NCBI GenBank assembly: GCA_043228905.1
Contig: JBHGNT010000080.1
Coordinates: 1 to 64,000 of the forward strand
DNA length: 64,000 nt
DNA from: Azolla caroliniana
Lineage: Eukaryota; Plantae; Polypodiophyta
Reading direction: 5' to 3'
Part shown: positions 12,866 through 24,700 of the stretch, piece after piece
How positions within the stretch are numbered: the first letter of the stretch is position 1
Layout: each line of letters starts with the position of its first letter
Position numbers and translations under genes: made by a program
Notes under the pieces: generated by a model
The model's database searches: none
Seen by the model: only the letters and a program-made list of their open reading frames with translations
Told to the model about the DNA's origin: nothing

Positions 12866-15800
12866 TTAGATGAGACCCTGTCGTTGTAAATCTGTATATG
12901 TCTTCTTATTATAGACATTTCCTTCTTGATCCTCATATTCTTCCTCTAAATCTGGCCGCCACTTATTTACTCCTTGTCTTTCTTGTATTCTCTCCCACAA
13001 GGCCTGAGCATCCTGTCATAGGAATGTTTTCGTGAAGCATAGTACATAATATATTAAAGAGAAAAAAGTTATCAAGATGCAAAGAATGTTGCATAAGATG
13101 AATATGAAATAGCTACCAGCTTTATTAGGCCCTTTCAAACAGAAAAGGGCATCACGATGGCAACATGTACTAATGTTATGCTGAGATTCCTAAAAATGTA
13201 CAAACTCTTTCTAAATATCCTGATACAAACAACAGAAAGAACACCTTAATGGTCGTTATTTCGTGGAAGTTCTTTGTATTGGGGATACCAAGGCAACGCA
13301 TTCCATGCTGATGTCTCCACTCTTTGAAGTGCCTTTCAAAAGCTCTCCGACCCCAATAGCTACTGTTTCCACAGATCTCGCAGTTGAATTCCTGCAAATA
13401 TTTCCAGAACATGCAGTGGGAAGCAGAACAGAAGGAAATAGAAAGATATCAATTTGGTTTAAAAGATATACATTTATTGCAGTAACATACACTGAAAGGT
13501 CTAAATTTTATACAAGTTTGAATCACCACTAGATGACCTAGATATAGATAACAGTAGTAGTAGTATTGCAAGAAAAAGGCTCAGACCAACATGTGATGGA
13601 AGAATATTACTTTCTAAGCTTCTCAAATACATGTCTTTAACTCATAAATAGAAATAACAAGCTGAAAATCCAAAAAGGTTCTCAAATGTTTGGTACCAGT
13701 ACCAGCTATTCCAACGGTTGGAGCCTATGAGAACAAGTTACGTTTGACAGTGCCTAGCAGTGATAGAGCTTTCCACAAAGATGGATGCTCGGCAAGATAG
13801 GGATGAGGTATTCCAGACAATTCTAGAGATTAAGAAAGAATACAAAGAATGTTAAATAAATTACACTTACTTAAATCATGTGATGGTGTGTTAATTGGTC
13901 TTTCAATGATTTGAGTTAAAATACCTCTACATAAATGCTATTCTATATTTTCTTGCACTCGCAAATATATAGTGAATTAATTTAGACAAAATCAAAAGGA
14001 TATGAAAACTAAATTTATTTGAACGATAATAACATAGTGTACAGAAGCAGTTAATTAGCGTTTCAAAGATTTATTCAAATGATCTATACATAAATTTCAT
14101 TCTATATTTTCTTGCTATTCAGAACACACAGGATTAACTGCACAACTCATTCTCATGCTAGAGATTAGTCAGCCAATAGTGAAAAATATATATGTGCATA
14201 TAGTGGGCTTTGCTTTTGATATTTCAGCAGTTCTTCTGTAAATGATGATGGTAATAGCTTTAAAGTGTTTAATAGCAAAAGTAGCACGCGAAGGTGCCTT
14301 TCAGATTGCAAAGCATACCTGGCCTAATCCATGTAGTTTATACAGCCAATAAGGGATAGGTTTTCCATCCCAACCCATTGGCAGCTTGAGAGGATTATAA
14401 ATTTGCTGCTCTTCTTCATCGCTGTCACTTTCTGCTTGCACTTCCTCCTAGATACATCAACTAAAAATAAAACACCAGTACTACAGCAGCTGAAAAACTC
14501 ATAATGACAAACTTGAGAAAAAGTGAGGAGGAACCTCTTCCCTTTCTGCTTCCATTTCTTCATATGTCAAAGCTTGCTTCTTTTCAACATGTGCCTTCGT
14601 CTCTTCAATCGCCTAGAATCAAACAAGATTTTAAGCAATACACAGCATGATGTCGAAGCATTAAGGAACTTAACACCATAATAATACCTCATGAAGCAAT
14701 TCACAGAGGCGTTGAATCTTTACTTCTTGGAGTGCTATTTCTCTGAAAGCTTTTACGTCTTCCGGTTTTCCAGGACCACCCTTAACATTAGCAAAATGTT
14801 TGCGGTTGAGATTTTCCAGGGTGGTATACTAAAAACAACATAAACAGACGTAAAAATAAGTAGGAATTAGAAGGGATCTAAGAAAATTAGTCAATATTAC
14901 TCAGAAGCAACGTACCTTAGTAAGGAAGAGCCTTTCTGCCCTTTGCTGGGCTGTACCACCAGCCTTCAATCCTAGTGCCATCAAAGCCTACAGGAAAATC
15001 TAAAATAATTAATCATCTATTAAGTAAACTAATAGCTTTAATGAGAGGTTATCTTCACTCAGAAATTGTCATTACAACAGGTTACCTGCTTAAGTTTCTC
15101 AGGCCCCAGTTCCACAAGTTCATCAACTGTTTCATAGTCATCCATGTCAATTGTCGATTGATCAGCATTGGATCGACCATCTTTATCTTCCCAACCTTGA
15201 ACCGTGCCCGCTTCCCAACGTTCTTCAAAATCCATCTCGATCTAGACAACATACATTTAAGCATTAATGTAACAATGAGAGGCGTTTCAATATAAATGAT
15301 TGGAAACAGACCTTGGAAAGAATTTTATCCAGATCTTGTAGAGGTTGTGTTCGCTCAAAAAAGGATTGAAGATATGCTGTCAAATCTGAAAGATAGCTTC
15401 TATATTTGCTGCAATTGGAGAAACTCAGTGTCAGGAGTTGAAATCATTAATCAGACATTAAGTTAAATGTTTATAGTGGACGTTTTACAAATGCAAATGC
15501 CACTCATAGTATTTAAAGTAACCACATGATTCATTTTTTTCACATATGATACACTGTTCCTACATGTCTATTTTATGTTCTACTTCATTGAAATTGTAGA
15601 ATGTAACACAGTTTTGCCCCAAAATTTCCCCATTTATTTCCCAGGTTCCTCCCTTGACATGTACAAGCTGCACAAGGCCACCCCAATGCCATTTCTTTAG
15701 GGTTTAGGGTTCTCAAAAGAGAAAGATGATCTTACTTGGCACTTCAATGCTAAGACTTTTATAGCTCCATACCCATATGCATGTGATGTATGATTCCCAT

Positions 15801-17658
15801 ATAAAATAGTTGGCTTTACATGCCTGGAGAGCTTGTGTTTACGGGCAATCTTATGCGTCTGAGGAAATTCTTCTAGGTATGCAGAATACTCAATAGCAGG
15901 CCCGAACTTATAGTTCAAGTATTGATTATACAACTCGTGCATGTCTAAGTACTTCCCATTGGCCTCCTGCAAGAAGACATCCGTAAAGTAGAGAAGTCAC
16001 ACCACATATAGAAACGACCATAAGTTTATTACAACCACAATTATTTAATAGTGAGAAATAGACTAGAAACCTCGCCACTGAAGTCCACCCAAGGCTCCTC
16101 CTTGAGCAACTCCTCAGGATCATCTCCTGCATCGATCATCTTAGCATTAGGATGACGTCTATGATATTCACGAATCTGCATCAGCTCAAGATTAAAGAAA
16201 ACTATCAGTAAAAAATCAGTTTTCACATGTGCAGTTAGCAGGAAATACTGAGGAAATCAGCCCCCACGCTTTCAACATAAAGACCATTGAAACATGCTGG
16301 ATAAGAATGAACGCTGGACATGTGACGAGGGTGCCAAATTACTAGATCATTACTAGTTTAGGTGTCATATGAACTTAATATCAATGCTCACTTTATAGAG
16401 CAACACTGGAAGCCTACATTGACAGACTCCTCGGCCACATGCTTTGTCTTAGGGAAACTTGCAAGCCCTTCAAACTTCAATTATGCAGACATAAATCAGA
16501 TTTCACAAATTCCATCTATTGCCTTCCTCTCTAATCTTGGCATGTAAAACTCTCCTCAGAAAAAATGAAGTATATAAAATGATTATTTAGATACAAAAGG
16601 TAATTTACAGAATCCATCTGCATTTCTTTATCACTGAGCTTGCTAAATAATGCTGATCCGAGAAAGTGAGCAGTCAAAATCTGTAATCCAGCCGCAAACC
16701 ATAATTTATGAGATCTAGCGCAGAATATAACTCTCTCTCATTCCATTCTCTCCACGTCATCTAGGCCATATTTCAGCTGCTTCCTTAATCTCTTGCTCAA
16801 AGAAATCCCTTCCAGAAATCTTGCTCCAAACAACATTGAGAATTCTTTGACATCTCATCAGCATCATTGCAAAGGATTACTTTTAGCATATATACGAATG
16901 AACTACTGGATGAAGCTTTCCACTTAATAGTGCTGACATGGCTGTCTAGCATAACCTTTAGCAGATTCATTGAAGACTAGTAATTGATGCGTGCTATCTA
17001 TACCTATTGTCACCATCATTGCCAACCATAATGCTTGCAAGCCATATATAAAGACCGCATATTGATGTACACTGCCTAGTGGTAGAAGAATGCTATAACC
17101 ATTACCTAATATAATCTTTTGCATACATCATTTAACTCTAACTTATAGATGCATCCTACCTCTTTTAGGCGATCATAGAAGACACTAAACACATTCTGGC
17201 CGCCAGCACCTTGACCTCCCAACAAAGCCACCTCATCTTGCCGGGCGTGATCCTTGTCTTCATATATATCTATCTGCAAGAAGTAATAAGCACACTTATT
17301 AGAGGAAAGACGCCAAAAGATGGTTTACAATGATGAACCGAAGGGAAGGAGAACAAAATGAAATATATAAGCGGAAGGATGAGAGTTCCATAAAAAGAAA
17401 GGGATTCTTTTCATTCTTTCTTCCTCTGTGTGAGTGAGAGAGAGGGAGAGAGAGGGAGAGAGAGAGAAAGAGAGAGAGACTTACTAGGCGAGAGGATGTG
17501 AGCATGATGCTGTCGAGCATGTTCCTGACACGGTGGTTCTGATGGAGCCGCTCTTTCTGCGTCCTCACCTCGCGCTGCAGATCCTTGACAATCAACCTCT
17601 CCAACCGCTCTACTTCCTCGTGATCCGCACGGGTCTGCTCCAACAGTGTCCCAGACAT
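12866..17658 (-). CDS. SF3A3: Splicing factor 3A subunit 3 (SF3a60/PRP9/ATROPOS homolog), complete, 500 aa
   Basis: Minus-strand exons 17658-17485, 17273-17160, 16175-16071, 15966-15824, 15408-15312, 15241-15086, 14987-14916, 14828-14688, 14612-14535, 14447-14319, 13391-13245, 13012-12866 total 1503 nt in frame. Motifs [77 protein letters not shown], zinc finger CEICGN..HFKEWRH, C-terminal DLQRQGLI*. Confidence 0.97.
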
Positions 17659-17686
17659 GACGACGACTTACACAGAGCAGGAAAGG

Positions 17687-17695
17687 AAACCCTAA
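17687..17695 (+). promoter_or_regulatory. Telo-box (AAACCCTAA) just upstream of the SF3a60 start codon
   Basis: Exact motif ~30 nt upstream of the ATG; telo-boxes are common in plant translation and splicing genes. Confidence 0.45.
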
Positions 17696-17732
17696 TACTA
17701 AATAAACCTCTGCGCTTTCGTTCGTTCCTGTT

Positions 17733-17765
17733 GTGGCTGTGGCTGTGGCTGTGGCTGTGGCTGTG
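17733..17765. repeat. (TGGCTG)n hexamer repeat
   Basis: About 5 copies directly visible. Confidence 0.9.
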
Positions 17766-18281
17766 TGTTACATTATACATACAACTCCACTACACAGCTC
17801 CGAATTCCGCTGCTCCCACTCTTTCCTTCTTTTTTGCTTTGTCCAAATCAACCAAATTCATATCTTGCATTGGATTTGGCATGTAAAGAAGGCTTTTGAT
17901 TTCTCTACAACAAAATGAAGAAGTAGAATTGACTTGTGGTGGGCCAAAGTTGGAGCTCTCAAGAAACATATCTTTAAACTTCTTTTTTGCCCTCTGCCCT
18001 AATCTATCGATCTATCTATGTATCCAGAGAATTCATCTATGTACATATAAGGAAACATATCTAAAACTGCCTTTTTGTCCTGTCCTACCGAATAAGTTCA
18101 TCCATCCATTAGGAAACATATATGTAGCTAAAAACACTCCTCTTTTTGCCCTGCCAACAAGAACAACAAAAACAAGAGAGATACCAAGAGAGCCCCATCC
18201 ACCGACTACGAAACATATATCTAAAAACTCCCTTTTTTGTTCTGACCTGCCCTGCCTTCACCTACGAAAAAGAAGAACAAA

Positions 18282-18284
<3 letters not shown>

Positions 18285-18332
<48 letters not shown>
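18285..18332. repeat. (GA)n microsatellite
   Basis: Directly visible. Confidence 0.95.
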
Positions 18333-18335
<3 letters not shown>

Positions 18336-18359
18336 ATGAGAGACTTTCAAACATATGAC

Positions 18360-18720
18360 ATAGCGCTTATGGCAACAAGGATAAGACAACTCGAGAGAAG
18401 GCTATAAGACTTGGAGTTGGCATTGGGACAATTAAAGACAACACAAGTATAAAACAAAGGCAAATTCGACAAGACACATTGATTTGACTACGTGATCGTG
18501 TACAACAATAACCTCGACAATCGATACAATTCAATGAGGAAGTTTGCAATCTCATGGTTTAGACTATACATTGTGACATGCACAAATGACAATGCCACCT
18601 ACCACCTCACCGAACTCGACGAAACAAGGCTAGTAGTACTGGCCAGGCAAACAAGTTAAGATCTTCAAGGAGCGGCAGAGAGGCAAGCAAATCCTCAATG
18701 TCATTGGAGAAGAAGAACAC
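18360..18720 (+). mobile_element. Degraded integrase C-terminal fragment of the element E lineage
   Basis: IRQLERRL*DLELAL..NKGKFDKTH..VIVYNNNLDNRYNSMRKFAISWF..DNATYHLTELD..GKQVKIFK aligns with E IRQLEGRP..NKSRFDTKH..VIVYDSSLDHQHTTMRKFAKRWF..DNGTYRLSELD..GKRVKIFK. Confidence 0.8.
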
Positions 18721-19162
18721 GACAACGACCAAGCATCGAGTCACGAGGATGGCTTATATGACGAAAGGGGAAATTTTGAAGGTAGACTACAAAGGGCATA
18801 GAATTTGAATCATCATCAGTGCGAATTAAAGAATTATTCTCTATTTTTCTTTTTTTTTAATACAAAGTGGGGTAGTTTGCATTTAATGCAAAATGAGGCA
18901 CCTCTCTCTTCATACAAAAAGTGCAAGGGAACTCATTTAGGTTCTACTTTTGGGGCGTTTTGAGTTGGCTTGGGGATAAGGAAGAGCTCTTCATTTCAAC
19001 TTTGGTATTTTGGCATTTTGGGGGAGCATCAACTTTTGCCTTTGGGAGCTTGGGTGTTAAAGGATCCAACCAGCTCACTTACCGGTCATTTAAAGAGAGG
19101 ACAAGGTGGTATTGAGAACATTGCTCCGACATTGAGGCCTCGTGACCATTGGTAGTAGTCGG

Positions 19163-19596
19163 TGTTACCGGCCGGCAAAGGAGTCCAGAGTGTGAAACGA
19201 AGGAGTTATTTAATTATTAGGAATGGTTGTAAGTAAGCTATTAGTGTGGGCGGACGGACCGGAATCGGTATGCCGTTCCGGATCCAGACCGATCCCGAAC
19301 AGGTGCGGATGGCACCGTTTTGTATTAAAAACCGGAAACCTATTTAAAGGCCCGGATACAATGTAATGGGCAGCGGATAATTAATGAAGCTTAGTGTTTT
19401 TATCTCTATGTGTTAATTGTCGTTCTGCATTCATTGTTATATCTTACGCGTGTGATTATTAAGGACGATCTTGCTAAGTAGCCTAATTAAGTCGGATTAA
19501 TCGTTGAGCCTAATCCTCTTGCCGTAACACCCCTTTGGTGAAGTGTCTTCCGTAGACACCCTGTGTTAGGCCATTGTCCGGCCCTAAGAGTTAACA
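19163..19596 (+). repeat. Element A 5' LTR
   Basis: TGTTAC...TTAACA; about 16 substitutions versus the 3' LTR (manual count). Confidence 0.95.
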
Positions 19597-19603
19597 CAGT
19601 TTT

Positions 19604-19613
19604 TGGCGACCAC
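19604..19613 (+). promoter_or_regulatory. Element A primer-binding site (tRNA-Arg-like)
   Basis: TGGCGACCAC, 7 nt after the LTR; matches my recollection of a plant tRNA-Arg 3' end. Confidence 0.55.
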
Positions 19614-19629
19614 GATTCCTGTTTTTGCA

Positions 19630-22600
19630 ATGAACGACGGCACAAATGGATGACTAGATCAACGCACGACCTGGTTATAGATCGAACTCGACGCACTGCC
19701 GAAAGGCAAAGGAGACGTGAGGCTTTCCAGCAAGCGGCACAAGAAATTACAGCGGATCGCTCGTTTTCCAACGTAATCTGGAGAGTAGCGGAGGAGTCCC
19801 TCCGGTTACAGCAAACATCGCACCCGGATGATGACAGCAGCCTAATAAGCCTCCTGGAAACCGAATCCCTTCTCCAGGCGTTGGCAAGCAGAGAAGGCGA
19901 AGCAGAAGCCTTTTCAGCGTATGAATCGGATTCCGAAGGGGGATACAACGTGCACACGAACTACCGTAGCAGCAACGACACCCCGGGCGGACCGGGGGAC
20001 GAAGGATCAGACACCTTACCGACACAGGAATTGGAAATGCTAAGGCTGGAACCTCCGGAACCAGAAGCAGAGGAAGAGCGACCTCCGACACCGGAAGTCG
20101 AGGAGGAGAGGCCTCCGTCACCAAAAGAAGATGAAAGACCACCGACGCCAGAGACAAATCAGGAAAGACCACCGACGCCGGAGAAAAACCAGGAACGACC
20201 ACCAACACCACCAACCCGCGCACCGGTACCGGACGACGACATGCCGTTCCAGTACTCCAAGTATAGAGATGATCCGGACGCGGAAGCTCATGTTCACGCC
20301 TTTGAACAGACATGGGAAGCAAACCATGTGTCCCAACGATTGACCCCGGAGGAAGAGGAACGCTCTAAGATAGCGGAATTTGGCGTCACATTGGAGGGAC
20401 CGACAGCAAGATGGCGCCGGACGCATGACCCGTCTACCATCACCACCTTCGCAGATTTTAAAGCTAAATTCTTGCATTTTTTCCAAAGGGAGGTGGACCA
20501 GATAGTAATGGTGGGCTTATTTTATACCATCCGACAGGAGGCAGGGGAGAGCATTCCCCAGTTTGTCATCCGGTTTCAACGGATGCATAGTCAGCTTGCC
20601 CGCGCACCCCCGGAGGAGGAATTACGGACTATATTCCTAAATGTGCTCCAGAAACCCCTACGCACGGTTTGCACGGTAATTGACTTCTGTGCAAGTACCA
20701 TCGACCAGGTCATTGACCGGGTGAGAGATGGAAAACACAAGCTCCTAGCTCACACTGGGAGCACTCCAACGGGCGTTACTGTCCGATGAAGACCTCCGGT
20801 TTCGGCAAGCAATACAGTGCACAACCTGCTTGAATTCCGGACACTCGACACTAGAATGCACTATGAGGACGCAATGTGTAATCTGTCAATCCAAGGGCCA
20901 TATGATGAATAGGTGCGAGTATAATCTATTGAACCGGCAAGCATCGCCCGTCCGACAAATAGAGCCACATAGCAGTCGGGATGAAGAAGAGGAACGCTGG
21001 CGGCGAATGGACCGCGACCGACCGGCACAAGATGTCTGGTATGGCGATCGACGGGAGAATGATGTTCGGTACGGTGATCGGCGTGATAACTACGACCGGT
21101 ACGATAGATATGATCGGTACCAGGATTACAATAGACGATACGAACATTACGACCGGGAGCACTCCCCCGGGTATCGTCAGCAATGGGAGGAATACGGCAG
21201 ATATAACGACCAACCTCGTCAAGAGTACCGCAATAAGAAGAACTATAACAAAAAACGACATTTCAAAAAAGGCGGCCACCCACGGGATCCGGAACAAGGA
21301 GCTTCAAGCAGCCAACCGGCCCAAAACCCCGCGCTTACCACAGGACCTGCCCCGGATACAACAAACAATGTCGAATCCAGCAATACCCGGAAAACCTACT
21401 GCTACTACTGCCGACAGGAAGGCCATTATAGTAATCAATGCCCGGTGAAGAGCTATGACAAATGACCGGCAGTAAATATGGTAGTCCCTGAAGTGGCAGA
21501 TCTACAGCAGGTGACCACAAGGTCGAAGGGCATGGCCAAGGAATGGGAGACGCAGGAGACCATCCGGAAGCAAGCGACGGAATGGGTGAAGAAAGCAAAC
21601 AAGCAAAACGTAACAGACTTAGAGTGGCAAAAGGAGAACACCGTAGGACTTGCCGGCGGCAGTCACTCCGAGAACGAGACATGGCAGGCGTTGCAAGAAT
21701 GCCAGATTACGCTGCCACTAGGAAGACTCCTACAGCTCGTGCCAAGATTCACGGAAGGATTGAAGACAGCCAGGACGGAAGGAGAATCATCACTGGCACC
21801 GGTACTCTTCTCGAATCCGGAGGAGGGACCAACGGTGGTGGACACCAACAGTCCGGTAATTACTGCCATTGTAAAAGGGAAAGAACTCCCCGACACAGTA
21901 ATAGACGGAGGCTCCGGTGTGAATGTAATAAGCCTCCGGACGTGTGATGCCTTGGGAATCCACGAGTGGGAGCCGTGTCCGTTCTGGTTACGGATGGCCG
22001 ATACAAGCTTAGTGCGGCCAACAGGATTAATACGAAAATTAGAAGTCACCGTTGGCGGTCATACATTTCACATTTCGGCAGTAGTGCTACAATTACAGGC
22101 ACAAGGCGCATACCCGCTATTGCTGGGGCGGGCGTGGTTGAAAATGGCACATATCAAACAGAATTGGAGGAAAAATATAATTACCTTCCGGCGAGGAAAA
22201 GCCAAGGTATGGGTACCAACACAGCCAAGGACGAGCATTGGCAAGGAATGTACACCGTTGTATGCAGAGTGCGTCAACATGCTAGAAGGGTTAGCTGATG
22301 AAGAAGAAGCTCAGTACTTGTAGGAAAACCCGAAGATCGTACCCCTCTTCGAAATTGACATTACCGAAGCAGTAGCACCATACTTACCGCAGCCGGAAGA
22401 GACTGAAGCAGAACCGGATAAGGATGCAATCCGAGAGTTACGACAAGCGCAGGAAGCGTTGGAACGGGAAATGGCCGTTTCACAGCGCGTAAAAGCGTCT
22501 CAACTTGAAGAGGTGAACCTAGGGACCACGGACGAAGCAAAACCGGTGCACATCGCCAAGGAGATGAAGTCCGAAGACAAAACACGATGATCACACTTCT

Positions 22601-23010
22601 CACGGAATTTCGTGACGTGTTTGCCTGGTCATACGAAGACATGCGAGGGCTCGACCCTCAGTTATACCAGCATCAGATTCACTTGAGCAAGGATGCAAAA
22701 CCAGTGGCACAAAGACGGTACCGGATGAATCCCAATTATGCCGCCAAAGTCAAGGAGGAAATCGACAAACTGCTAAGAGTTGGCTTTATCCGTCCGGTAA
22801 AGAAAGCGACATGGTTGAACCCGATCGTAGTCGTACCGAAGAAGAACGGAAAAATTCGAATTTGTGTGGACTACCGGAAACTCAATGCGGCTACGGTAAT
22901 GGATGCGTTTCCACTTCCGTTCACAGATGGAGTGTTGGATGCCGTCGCCGGCCATGAGGTCTATAGCTTTCTAGACGAATTTAGCGGGTACAATCAGATC
23001 CGGATGCACC
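19630..23010 (+). pseudogene. Element A gag-protease-RT N-terminus (disrupted)
   Basis: ERPPTPE repeats, retrotransposon gag core, three CCHC knuckles (CTTCLNSGHSTLEC, CVICQSKGHMMNRC, CYYCRQEGHYSNQC), protease IDGGSGVN, RT start to SGYNQIRMH. Stops and frameshifts near 20730, 21463, 22321 and 22586. Confidence 0.9.
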
Positions 23011-23569
23011 TGTCATGATATGGCAAGACTCGAACCCATGACCTTATGCTACATGGGTCGAGCTACTACCATTAGACTATGAATTGTAATTTGTAGGATA
23101 TTATTTTCATTTATGTTTTATCATAGAAAATTGATGTATATTCCAGATCTCTCTGGAACATTCTAGAAGCTTCAGGCTTATTCCTAGAAACGCTATAAAA
23201 GGAGGCACAAGGCATTGTTTTGAACCAAATTGGTTCAACACCAGTCTTAATCCTCTTCGCCGCTTTGTACTTATCTTTCACATAATATATTAGCCGTTGT
23301 CATCATCTCTCTCTCTCTCTCATTCTCGATATCTCTCTCTCCTCTTCTCACTTCCTCTCTCGGGAGTCTTACGTAGTCCCGTCCCCCTTAGTACTAATAG
23401 TACTACTCTTCTTTAGTACTAATTCCATCTCTGTTTTAGTACTATTCCTGACTAATAGTACTACTCTTCTTTAGTACTAATTCCATCTCTGTTTTAGTAC
23501 TATTCCTGACTAATAGTACTACTCTTCTTTAGTACTAATTCCATCTCTGTTTTAGTACTATTCCTGACA
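23011..23569 (+). repeat. Element B 5' LTR (559 bp)
   Basis: TATAAAA at 23194; three copies of a 58-bp unit at 23393-23566. Confidence 0.95.
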
Positions 23570-24700
23570 GTTTGAACCAATTTTCTCCTCCAGCCTACTT
23601 GTCACTCTCCCTCATCCTCCTACCCTTTTCCCTATACTATGGCTACTGTTAGCGCCCAAGAATACCAATCCGTTTTCTCCGAGCTACAGTGCCTAAAAGA
23701 AAAGTTTGTTGCCCTGGAACAAGAAAACCAACAATTGATAGGGGATCTGCAACAAATCGCTCTAGAAAAACAACAAACGCAACAACAACATGGGGAGTTA
23801 GCGTTACAGGTACAACAACTCGAAGCAGCGTTGCAACAACAAGGATCAAGTCCCTAAGGATTTCATAAAGAGCCCAAGATTGGACTTCCTGTGAAATTTG
23901 ATGGAACGCGATCGCAATTCTGGGGATTCCTTAATCAGGTACGCTTAGTCATCCAGATGCATCCTTCCTGATATCCCACTGATGCATCTCGAGTCGGCCT
24001 AATAGGCACACTACTTAGCGGCTCAGCCTTGGCATGGTTCGCTCCGCTTCTAGAAAAACAATCGCCCTTGCTTAATCACTTTGAAGATTTTATTGGTGAG
24101 TTTAAAGCCTGCTTTGGAGATACCGACAACATCAGGACGACGATCAACAAGATCCGAAGATTGCGTCAAGGCGATCGTCCAGCCTCTGCCTACGCGGCAG
24201 ATTTCCGTCTACTCGCCTCAGGTATCCCCTGGGATGATCAGGCCCTCATGGAGCAGTTTTGCTACGGCTTGCGCAACGATGTCAAAAACTTGCTTTTAAC
24301 CTTCCCCGAAGAACCAAAGTCTCTTACAGAGGCAATCAGTCGAGCGGTCCGATGCGACAACCGCCTTTTAGAACGACGTTCGGAACATCAGTTACAAATA
24401 CCACGCTCTTGGCCGGAACCCACATACGCCTCAGTCACGGCTAAATCGTTTGCACGCAATGTACCTCAAGCCAATATTCTGACACCGATGGAGATCGACA
24501 CCATGCATCGACGCGGCCCGTTATCGGAAGAAGAAAAGCAACGACGACGTGCCAATCGATTATGTCTTTATTGCGGTGGACCAAGGCATATCGCCATCAA
24601 TTGTCCCCATAGGCCAAGAAGACAGGTAAATCAAATCGTCGCCTGTACTAAACCCGAGTCAATTCTTCCCTTCGGAGTGTCTGATAGTATTAATAGTACT

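Noticed and set aside
17533-18358. Plus-strand ORFs upstream of SF3a60 (117-147 aa)
   Set aside because: Produced by microsatellites and antisense overlap; no protein motifs.
23011-23090. tRNA-like segments in LTRs as real tRNA genes
   Set aside because: Acceptor and anticodon stems do not fold; only the promoter boxes and partial T-arms remain.
23393-23566. CRISPR-like array
   Set aside because: Head-to-tail identical units without spacers, inside a eukaryotic LTR.
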